Of a stretch of 36,686 nt of DNA, positions 12,349-27,252 are shown piece after piece. The notes under the pieces were generated by a model. It was given only the letters and a program-made list of their open reading frames with translations. It was not told the origin of the DNA and did not search any database. The stretch spans positions 186,001-222,686 of the forward strand of contig JADIIX010000019.1 of assembly GCA_027604505.1 (NCBI GenBank). Reading direction: 5' to 3'. Within the stretch, counting starts at the first letter, position 1; each line of letters begins with the position of its first letter. The translations under genes were made by a program, and so were the position numbers. Source of the DNA: Gonapodya sp. JEL0774 (Eukaryota).

Positions 12349-13002
12349 ATGTCAGGAGGAAAAGTTTCGATCGACGACATCAAGAAAGGCGACCGTGTTG
12401 AATACCTGTGGGCCTATTTTGATATTCATTCTCTCCGCGGCAACTGCTCATCCCTTTGCCGACCGACAGCACTGTTCCTGGCTCTGGCACGCACTCAACT
12501 GGGGTTGTTGAGGATATACTTACAGAGGCCCAGGTTTGCATATCTCCTGTGAACTTGAGTCCACTTCTGTCCAATGCTGACCTTATCATCTGATGTCTGC
12601 GCAAGCCTGCGGGGTCAACTCAAGTCACCGTGAAAGCCTCAGAAGAAGATGTATGTATCGCGCCCCGTGTTTGCTCCGCTGGATTGCGTTTTATGGCTGT
12701 TACGTTTGCGATGGGTGACTGGTTGTTCCGAATTTTACTCACGATTCATTCTACTGGACCTTGGGGCTGCTACGCACGTTTAGCCACGCATCGTGATAAA
12801 AAAGTGAGCTTGCTGCCCGTATGTCTGCCGAACTCTCCTAACAGCGTACCGGTTAGCGACAATACGGGAAAGTCCACAGGTAACGAAACAATCGACGGCA
12901 CTCTTTGTCATTCACAATGACGAACCTGATGAAATTTTGTCGTCGATACAAGCTTACAAGCTCGACCATATTGAGAAAGTGCTCGAGGGAGGAGAGAAGT
13001 GA
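12349..13002 (+). CDS. Small 86-aa Hva1/DUF2945 (Tudor-like) family protein, 6 exons
   Basis: Exons 12349-12407, 12470-12533, 12606-12650, 12784-12803, 12857-12879 and 12953-13002 (all GT..AG introns) splice in frame to MSGGKVSIDDIKKGDRVEYLTVPGSGTHSTGVVEDILTEAQPAGSTQVTVKASEEDPRIVIKNDNTGKSTAYKLDHIEKVLEGGEK*. The KASEEDPR...TGK pattern is characteristic of the family. Confidence 0.8.
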
Positions 13003-13311
13003 TTTAACCTTTGTCTCGGTGGGGCAACACGGAGCTAAATGGCCAGTTCAACGTGTTGATCATTCGTGTTTGAAAATTTGAAGATTTTCAATAAAATTGA
13101 TTCGAAAATCATTGGACCACATTGCAAGGAGCAAATAAGGAGAGGGCGACCAAGTCCACTGATGGCAAAAAGTCTACATAATACCGAACCCCCCGGTTGA
13201 GTCTACTTACATAATTCCATTGTTGAGATGATAAATACAGTGCGATAATCTTCCCCCATCCTACGTAATTTGTAACAGAATAATGTCCGTGCTAAACAGT
13301 AATCAGTGGCG

Positions 13312-16300
13312 CTATCTTGCAGCTGTTCTCGAAAGCAGATCATCCGCTGTTCCCTCATATATAAGGTCCCCTTCCTTCATCACCAAAACACGTATTTTGC
13401 TCGGTTCTGTTGAGGTGGCGGCGCTTTCAAAGACAGGGATATCCGACAGGTATCTCGGCAACCAAATAAAAGTCCGACCTTGTGCAACACGAGCGAGGGT
13501 CTCCACAAAGATCAGTTCAGAAGATCGCAGCGCAGCGGCAGAAGAAGGAACGTAAGTTGATATGCTTCTCGCACGATCGGCTCCGTCAGATCCCATGTCG
13601 GCAAGCTCGTTGACGATCAAAACGCGGGGTTTGCGAAGAAGAAGTCGAGCGAGCAGAATATGACGTCGAATGTCGTCCGTGATCAAAGAGTTCATGTTCT
13701 CTGGGTGGTAGGGATCATAGCAGGCGGTGCCATAGGAAATGTGGCGTTTGGTTAATATGCTATGCAGACCCGCCTCTTTAGACGCCGCAATTGCATCCGC
13801 TACAGAAGTAGTACCTGTTAAGCGACATAAAAACGAGAGAAAGAGGTGAGGTCTCATATCTATACACTGAAAGTCACCGCCTGGTCGCACTTACGGGAAC
13901 CATAGAATATGTTTTCTAAGATGGTCGAATTGTCCAGTGGCCCGTTTGCATTTAGTACAGCGATTCTGTTTCGAAGAGTGTATGTGTCCCAACTCGAAAC
14001 ATCAACGCCGTCGAAATAGATGTTCCCCTTTGTTGCATCATAGAGCTTCATTAAGACATCCACGAACGCCAAATGCCCACTGTTGGGTTGAACACCCATA
14101 AGTGCCACGTTCTGGTTGGCCGCAATAGTCACAGTCAAGCCACTGAGCGCCCGATCTCTTAACGGAGGGTGAACAACAGACACCACACGGAACTCAATCG
14201 GGCCTCGTCCATCACCCCTGTAGGTCCCTGTCATCCGAGAACGCTCATCATAAGAGGTGATAAGCTCAGAGATGAGTGTGGCAGACTCCCGGGCTTTGGC
14301 CACGACGTCCGAGAGGCCGACAATCTGACCGGCAGTGACACAGCAGAATACCATTAATGCCCACACGATGAACACCTGATACACGCGGTACTCGTCAGAG
14401 ACAACAAGGCGACCACCATAGTAAAGTAAGATGGCTGTGTGAGATGATGTCAATACTGTTGCGAAGACTTGAGAATAAACTCCAGCGATTCCACTCACTC
14501 TGACAGAGGAAAACAGCTAGTTGTGACAAAGCAAATCCAGCTGTCAAAAGTGTGCCTATCCCTGTCTGACCCCTCCTATTCGCTTCCCAGTTTACCCTGT
14601 ATTTGTCCGCAAACCACGCCTCCAATGCCATGCACTTAATTGACTCGATGTTCCCCACTGCCTCGAGAGCAATCCTATCCCCTTCACTCAAAGACTTCGC
14701 AAGCCTCTGCTCGCTCGCAATAATGCTCGCTGACTCCATTTGCGCTGCCAACAGAATGATCGGGACAAAAGAGAGCCCTACGAGTGCCAATCTCCACCCA
14801 GTCGCAATTGCCCACACAGCGCCAATCGCAAAGCCAACGACAAAGTTGATGAGGTTTCCCAAGTTGGACGTAGTCGCACCTCGTATTCTCGGTGCATCTG
14901 TCGCCATTCTCGCCAGCACGACGTCTGCACTGTGATCGGGCTGCGCAAACCACTGCAAGCTCTTGCCCAAAATGGCATCAAACAGCTGTCTCCTCACCCT
15001 CATGGTCAGCCTCTCCCCCGTAACTTCCAGAACCATGACCTTGAGGTAAAAGACTAGCCCCTCGGCGCACGCAAGCACAAGCAACACCATTATCCATACC
15101 CCAACACTCCCCACTGGATCTGCAGGATTCTCTGCAACTGATGTGAGTGCCATAGCGAGAGTTACAGCAAAGCAAGGTAATACGGCGCCACGAATTGCTG
15201 CAAACAGCGAACCGATCGCAATCAGTGGCCATTCCGGTTTATTCATTAGAAACAAGTCCCACGTTGAAAATACGTGTGGAGCGACGGTCACGGGTGGTGC
15301 CGTACCATCTGTCATTGTTGTCGCCAGAGTTGAAATACTCATACCGGACACGCTCATTGATAACCTCCCACTGAATGCACTGCCAGAAACAGTCGGATCG
15401 CTTAACCCAGGCGCCTGCGGTCCCGCAAACGCTGCTAACCTTTCCCTGTTTCGAAGATCGGCAACGTAACGGCGAGAACCAGCGTGAACTCTTTGCGAAA
15501 GTGCCTTGAGTGATTGAGTGCGCATCTGATCGGCCGTTCGGGGTCTTCGGCGCCGCCGCCCCGTATGCGCGACCGAGACGGTGTGTTCGCCGGCGTCGGA
15601 TGGTCGCAGGAACGAAGTCGGTGTCGAATCTGCAAAAGCCACTGCGAGTGACAGCTCTGTGAGTGTCGATGAGGTGTGTGACGCAGCCGTCACCCAGTCC
15701 TTAAACGCCGTTCCTCGGGGTCCCGACAGGTACTCTAAAGTACCATAATCCACCACCTTTCCTTCCCTCACGACTGCTACCAGATCTGTTGGCAAGAGTG
15801 CCGAGATTCGGTTTGTTATTAAAATTGTGGTGCGTGGCCGAGGCACAACTGCAGTGGGGTACTTTGCTGTGAGCGACGCGGCGGCACTCCCGTAAGCTGC
15901 CGTGCCAGCTCGAGCAATAGCGTGGACAAGAGCTTTCTCCAGAGACTCATCCATACCATCCGTCGCGTGGTCTATGATATCAGGAGGTGGGGATAATGGA
16001 TGAGGGCAAGGGAGCCGATATAAAACACAGCACTTTAATATGCACATCGCCCACGGCAAACACAACGCACCAATGATTACCACACCACCCCTTCCTCCAC
16101 AAACGGCCCTTGCCATGCCAATTCTTTGCCGTACTTCCTCTCCGATCCACATCCCACCTTCCCCGACTATCTTGGCATATCCCTCTGCCCAACCATGGAT
16201 AGCACTGTCAACTCCTACCATCTCACAAGCCATTGCAATATCTGCTTCAGAGCACATGTTAGGACCTCCAGGATGCCCTACCGCTACATTCTCTCCCACA

Positions 16301-18926
16301 GTATTTCCCCCCCATATTGTCGTCGTCTTTTCAACAACGTGAACCAAAGACCTCCTCAACATATCTACTGGCACGCCCCGTACATCCCGGCCGTCCAGTT
16401 CCAAAACACCGTCGTCCGGTTCATACAAGCGACTGAGGAGAGCGGCAAGTGGAAAGTCCGGAGGTGCACCAACGATGGCGAGCAGAGATCCTGAAGGGAC
16501 ATCAAGCGAGAAGGAGGAAAGGGCAACGTTGTCCGGTTGGGTTGGTGGTGAGAAGCGGAGAGAACGGCAAGTGACGCGGGGAGGGGTATTAGAAGTAGTT
16601 TGAAAAGAGCGTGGAGGCGAAGCTGGGGGACTATGTGAACTGGCAGTGAGGGGTTCGAAAGCCGAGGACGTTGCTGCAGCAGCGACAGCTGTGGAGCGCG
16701 ATGAGCGGGGAACTCCCGATAACTCCATGGGAACCTGATATGACATTCCAATTCAGATAGCCTCCGCGCAACATTTCACGAAACCCAACTCACCCTTCTC
16801 ATTACCGCCCAGCCAACCCCACCCGCCCCTCTTCCTGCGGCCACTTCCTCCCACTTACCCCTCACCCCTCCTATTGCCACCACGCCCACTACACCGAGCA
16901 CCACAGCAGCTACTACATCCCCGGCGCTTAATAACTTACCCCATCCGCCGCCCGCTCCGACCGCACCCGTGACAACAATAATAGCAACAAGAAAGATCAT
17001 GAAGGCTCCGGCTAGGGAAAGAGAAAGCGCGTGAGCGTGAGCAGCACGTTCGCCGAGGGATTGCGAAGCGAGAGCATAAAGATGGAAAAGGTGAGAAATG
17101 TGGGGAAGTGACGTGTGGAGAATGGCCTTTGAAATGAGGTTAGATGCAGGGACGGCACATCGACAGGTGCCCAAGTTGGCAAAAAGCGTGTCAAACATGT
17201 CACATAGTTCTCACACATGCAATTTCTACTCACTTCCTTTATGTTTACCACCGCACTTGCCACCACTCTCCCCTGCCCCTCCTGCCTCCTTACAGCTTCC
17301 CTGCCGACCCTTGCAGCCCATCTCCCGACCGCTTCCAGGACCACACCAAATAACACCACGGCACACACAGTGACCAGCCCCGGAAAAGGGGCTCGGACGA
17401 AGAGGAGAACGGTGGAAACAGCAGTGCTTGAGAATGCGGTGAGGAGATTGGGGAGAGTGGTCGAAAGGAGGAAGGAGAGGAGTAGCGGGTCGCTATTTGT
17501 TGGTGTGTGGGAAGAAATTCATAATCGTGCAATTGTATGGAGCATCCCAAATGATCGTACTTTCTCAAACTGGTTACCATCTCAATAGGCGATGCTGCAT
17601 CCAGTTCGTGCCAAGCAAGATCCTGCCGGAGGAGTGCACGGAAATACGCGAATCTGGATGTTTAGGTCCAGTAAAATGTCGTGGATAAGATGGACCAGCC
17701 GGTGGAGAATGATATGCCGAGAGCGAGCGCGACGGGGGATGAAGGGAAGGGTGAGATATACAAACATCCTCCATGAAGAAAGGGAACACGGTGTGCCGCG
17801 AACGAAACATGTTGCCGGTCCAAAATTGCTCTTCGGGTTCTATCCACTGATCATTGTGTTCCCGGGTTGTAAAACTGATATTTCTAGGTGGCGGCAGAGA
17901 TTGCAACACCCCTGAATCGCCTCCCAATTACTGCTCCTCTATTCCAGTTCCATCCCAACTCATAGTACCCACCGAAATCCCTTTTCAGCAGACTCTCCGA
18001 TCCACCGAAAAAGGCCGAGTGAGAGACATCCGGCGAGCATTCCCAGCCCTGCGGTAACCAGGGCCGATATAAAGAGAATCGAGAGGCGCGACTGAGCATC
18101 ATCGCGGGTGGAGCTTAGGAGAGATGGCTTGGCCTTTGCCATGAGTGTGTCAGTATTGTATGAGACAAATGCGTCAAACATGTCCGCAAGGATCCAAACT
18201 AGGACTGGAGGAGCGGCACCGGAGAGACAGGACGCGATGGCTGCGGGGAGGATGGCGGCGCGTGAGGCCGGAGAATTGAAGTCAAAAAGGTGAGACCAAG
18301 GAAGAGGGGGGTTCAGAGGAGAGTATGGGGGCAACGGAGGTGATGGCAGCAAGGGAGGTAAAGCAGTTATGTTGGCGGAAGGGTCAAAATCGGGCTGGAG
18401 CGTTGGAGGTTCAGGGGTGTAAGCAGAGTCAAATGGGTGAGGACGGCCGAACGAGCCCCCCCGTGCTGATGGCGTGCGAGAGGCAGAGGCAGCAGAAGCT
18501 TGAGAAAAAGTGATGTTTGAAGTCGGATGCGTTTGAAGTTGCTGTGGTGAGGTTGTTGGGCTTGTTGGGGGAGACAACGATCCCCTCCTCCCGTCTCTTG
18601 AACTGCTGGAACTCCAGACCCGTCCTCCAGCACCAGCTGAGCCGACGCCTGTTGCTCCATTTAAACCCGTTCCGACGCCGACACCGAGCCCTGTACCGAC
18701 AACAGAAGAAAACCCGCTTGCCATTCTCAATTGTCGGACTCCAGCAGAATCACGCAAAGTTGCACGTTTTGACCTTCTTACAGCTTTCGCTGCTTCGAGT
18801 ACTGTGCGTTTCCTAGTTTGCGCTCGCTTTACTTCTAGAAACGAAGAATATATGAGATCAAGCCAACCACACTGAGGTGCACTAAGAGAGGCGCACAAGT
18901 CTACATTTCATGTAAAGATACCCCAT
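13312..18926 (-). CDS. Full-length ABCB (MDR/STE6-like) transporter fold, TMD-NBD-TMD-NBD, with both NBDs degenerate
   Basis: TMD1 has FAYFRALLRQDLAW. TMD2 has MNKPEWPLIAIGSLFAAIRGAVLP, GERLTMRVRRQLFDAIL and GWRLALV. NBD scaffold is recognisable: LLSRLYEPDDGVLELDGRDV, RQRIGMARA, GRTFIW, EGDLIYEGT. Stop at 13312. The 5' end is uncertain (ATG 18926 with an intron, or a Met near 18724). Confidence 0.85.
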
Positions 18927-19241
18927 GTTTTCTGCTCCAATTAATGCTCAATGTTTATTGCTTGAAGCTCAAATCGGTGGAGCATTCCGTTACATACATA
19001 TGCATCTTGTTTTAGCGGTTGTTTCTGTGACAGAAATGACAACAATAACAATGAGAATGACGTTGAGTCCGCGCAAGTTGAAACACGAAGAAAGTGAATT
19101 TCTAAAGTAACATACAGGGCGATAAGACAGGACTCATACAATACATAGAAAAAATAGTTGCGAGTGACAGTGGCGACCACATGAGAGGCGGAGCTGTGCA
19201 CGCACAGGCGGTGCCTGCGTGAGTCCACTCCATTCGCGCAA

Positions 19242-20467
19242 ATGATTCCCCATCGAAGATATGTCACAATTAGTTCTCCAACAGCAAGCGAGTGGGTTGT
19301 TGGGAGAAAGGCCAGGATCCGGCTGCTCTTACTTCTCCTGGTAGTGGCATCATTGGTGCAGTCGAGTGAGGCAAATCTTCCCAAAGAGTGTCTTACGAGC
19401 GAATGCACGGCTTTTTATCAAACGGTTCGTTGTCCGATACTTCATACTGAGATTGACGAGTATTGACGATTGATTCAACTTGTCACATCTTTCCTTATCT
19501 GTATTTCGGCAATTCCATCCTACCCTGAAATTGACGATTCTCCACTAGTGCTCACCACTTCTAGCGTCTGGGGCGACTTCACCCACATACGTGAGTCACA
19601 ATGCGGATATCCTTATTCACGGCAGCTTCGTTTCCATGCTGTATTTGTGATTGTGCTCCATGTTGAATCACTCGCAATTGCTACTTCCTAGCTTAATTGC
19701 CTTTGTGTTACGCGTGCGTCACGTCTGCTCCTCCTCTACAGACTCCTTCACACCACCTTGTGAATCTTTGCTCTTCTTTGTCTTGCACCACTATCATTAG
19801 AGCGATCCAACTTCATCGCGTGTGCCAAGGTTTGCAGCTCAGCGGATGACAACACTATCCCTGCCGGCACAGACGTCGCCAAGGCACTCGATAGCTCTTG
19901 TTCATCTCTGAACTCGAGTGGAGCGACCACTGGAGGAGGAGCGAATCCCACGCTGATTGGAGGTACGTAGTGTTGTTGAGGAGGCTCACTTGGATTGCAG
20001 TTTGTGTCGCGCCTTGTGTCGAGGCAGTACATTGATTTCGGAAGTAGCCATAACCTTCATCGCGATGCCTCCTGACTTTCGAATGTTGCAACTTTGGAGG
20101 CAGACGGTGCCGATGTATGGTTTCCAACAGAGTCTCTAATGTTGTCCCGAAGACTTTAATGTCGCTGTTCACATTTGCTTTGTGTTGACTCTCCTTTTCC
20201 AAAAACTATCATTCAAGGCATTATTGGCGGCATAATTGGTGCCATTGCATTGGCAGGTCTCGCATTTTTCCGTGAGTTGCTTGTCACCTTTTCTCCGTTA
20301 CAACCTGATCTCACCCTTGATAAACTGCCACTGATGACGTGATGATTACCTGTTCTTCCAAATATCCACCAAAAAAAGTTTATGCTCGGGGTTCTAGTCG
20401 GGGATATCGTCGGATTCCACGGTATCGACGTGATGCGAGCGGCGCGTACACACAAGCCGAAACGTGA
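19242..20467 (+). CDS. Small single-pass (type I) membrane protein with an 8-cysteine CFEM-like ectodomain, 6 exons, about 183 aa
   Basis: Exons 19242-19424, 19549-19590, 19692-19713, 19801-19962, 20218-20271 and 20379-20467 splice in frame. The product has a hydrophobic leader (LLLLLLVVASLVQSSEA), a Cys-rich domain, an S/G/T linker, a TM segment (LIGGIIGGIIGAIALAGLAFFLY) and a basic tail (ARGSSRGYRRIPRYRRDASGAYTQAET*). Confidence 0.72.
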
Positions 20468-20632
20468 CCGACAATCTGCTGGGTACCATCACGTAAACAC
20501 AAATAAACATTGCGTATCTCGCTTCCAATATCGCATATTCACATCCACTGAGATGCTGTATTTTCGGGATCTATACATGTCGTTCTAGCGAGCAAGCGTT
20601 TGTCTATTCTGGAGAAATCTCACTCTCCTCAT

Positions 20633-24858
<4,226 letters not shown>

Positions 24859-25454
24859 TCTGGTGAAGAATCGGGAAGCTGAAGTAGTTGGGAAGAAGAC
24901 TGACATGCGAAATGAGTTTCGCCGTCACATGGATTCCCATTGATGACCCTAGTTTCACATCATACTCGACGCATTCATACAGTGCTTCCAATCTCACGAT
25001 TTGATTCGCGCCAGCGCATATGGCAGAATTTCCGTTCCCAGCGCGTCTCGATGGCTCTCTGTACCTTTATCGAGGTAAAGCTGGCTTTTCTCTTGGTTTC
25101 ACTCACTTGGCGCTGATTTTCAGCTGGTCCGGCGATGGTGATGCAGGAATGTGGGGAATGGCAACTCGGCTGTGCAACCACACAAAGATTCGAACACATT
25201 TTTTCAGTGAGACTAAGAGCAACCCATCTGGGACTGTTCGGAGTACGTGACGAATGCACATATCCCAATCTGCGTGTCGTATATTCGGACCTGCGAAGCG
25301 TGAACCTAGATGGGACAGAAACCCAGGCCATGAAGTGATAAAATTGGGCTCAGATAGATACATTCGAAAAGACGCAGTGGGGGACTGAATGGCATGATGT
25401 TGTGGCATCATGTGTGCCATTTCGATGAACCAGTCTGCACATTTTCAAAATCAA

Positions 25455-26588
25455 ATGTCCGGTATCCCGATCCTTCGCCAATTTCTTTCAGCAGAAGGGC
25501 ACTCGCTCGCCTATCTTTTTATGAAGCCCACACAGCTTCCACGATCTCGTTCACTTGGAGATACAACGCTCTGCTTTTTCAATGGCTACAACTCCTCAAT
25601 GCTGGAGTCTCAAAAAGTCAAATTCCTGACAGAGTATGCTGGAGAACGAGGTCTTGGTTTCTTTACCTTTGATGCATTTGGTGAGTCCAGGGTCTAGACA
25701 CCAATGGACTTGTCACCGAGAACTGTCCACATGCCCAAATGCGTGATGAGATCAGGGCATGGACACTCCTCGGGCTCTCTGACTGAACCTCAAGCAACTC
25801 TCACAACCTGGGTTTCCGACGCTGCCCAACTTCTCGCACATCTGTTCTTCCTCTCCTCCAATTCCCGGAATAGCTGGACGGATCGTTCCAACACGAAAGC
25901 TCTTGAACACCACATGACTTCTGCTATCAATGACCACAAGCATCAGTTGATCTTGGTTGCTTCAAGTATGGGCTCTTGGGTGGCGCTCTGTGCCCTAGAG
26001 CGTATCAGAGCCTTCCATTACGCCCCGTTTGCCAACTCGAGACCACCGTCGAACGCCCTTCATCTTATCTCCTTTGTCTCAATCGCTGGCACTTCTTTAT
26101 TTGCTCAACGGATCCTCTCATCTCTATCTACGAAAGACCTCAGTTCATCAGGGGTAGTGTTCTGCCCTTCCCGGTACGGTACACCGTACCCGTACTCTTT
26201 GCAAATGCTTAAAGATGCTTTAAGACACAAAATTTTTCCGGAGCTGGAGGCGGGAGAGCGAACTGGGTCAGAGGTGGAGGTTCATATTGGTGATTTACCC
26301 CCCTATTGCACCGAGCGGCGGATATTCCACAAACCTCCCAGGTTGTCACTATCACCCGAGTCTCCACCCCTCTTTCATTTCATCCACGGTACATGCGATC
26401 AGGATGTTCCGTTTTCGGACTCCTTCCACCTTGCACACACCATTGCATTGCGGTTCCGCAAAGCCCAAAATGAGGGGACGCGAGCTGGGGTATCAGTGGT
26501 GCTGGTGGACGGCGCCGATCATAGGATGTCAGATGAGAAAGGGTTACGGGCTCTGAAATCAGTGCTAGACCGAGTCGCACCATGCTAG
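25455..26588 (+). CDS. Alpha/beta hydrolase (ABHD10-like), 2 exons
   Basis: Exon 1 FFNGYNSSM...FTFDAF joins through intron 25681-25755 to GHGHSSG. Nucleophile elbow LVASSMGSW, acid in IHGTCDQDVP and catalytic His in GADHRMS. Confidence 0.82.
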
Positions 26589-27252
26589 ATGGACATCGTT
26601 ATTTAGAAACTACGCACACCTGATCAATTCACTGTATGGTATTCGGTGATAGTATTTGCCTTTTTGATATCGTGTCATGTATTTTTCACGCACATTGAGT
26701 CAAACAACATCGATCAAACAAAGCCTTCTATTGAATGAAAAAAAGTTCACAATTTTGTAAAACAGAGATCGACAGGATGAGACACTTTTTCTAAATCTTG
26801 AGTCTTAAGTCTTGAATGATTGGAAAAGAGTGCACAGTGCAGTAAAACAGGTAATTCGAATCCTTGATGTCAACGAAAAGTGAATTTTGCTCAAAAGGCA
26901 AGAAAATTTTTGTGGTGGTTGGAAGGGTGGAGTGGCGGCAGGAGCGAAGAAGGATGCATGTCGAGCGGATGTCGTGGTCGTGTGGAATTGTGAGAGGACG
27001 CATATGCTGGACGGAAATCAGGAGTCGCCATGGCCTAAATGGCAAGATGCTATCATCCCGATTCCTCCTGGACGGAAAGAGACCGCAGACTGTCCAATCA
27101 AGTCCGCCCTAACAACTCCGCCACTCCCTTGCTCATCTGTGCTGTCTCGCACGCACTACGTACTCGTTTTGCTAGCGGGAACCAACTGTAAACCGTTTCC
27201 AAGGTCACCATCTCAACCCTCGAATTGCCCACACGTATGCAACACAGCCAGC

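Noticed and set aside
17773..17863. 8-bp inverted repeat GGGAACAC/GTGTTCCC with ATGAAGA and CTGA in the long ABC intron, resembling a C/D snoRNA
   Set aside because: The boxes are antisense to the host gene, box C is imperfect and lies outside the stem, and an 8-bp repeat is expected by chance. A snoscan/Infernal hit would be needed.
19748..20455. Minus-strand ORFs of 94, 115 and 80 aa that could be read as a gene
   Set aside because: They are antisense shadows of the plus-strand 8-Cys membrane protein gene, which has a coherent exon structure; they show no motifs.
24975..25420. Several 67-118 aa ORFs between SERCA and the hydrolase
   Set aside because: No motifs or consistent exon structure; best explained as the divergent promoter and UTR region.
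26791..27250. ORFs of 82-178 aa between the hydrolase and the phosphatase
   Set aside because: No recognisable domains; consistent with 3' UTR sequence between convergent genes.
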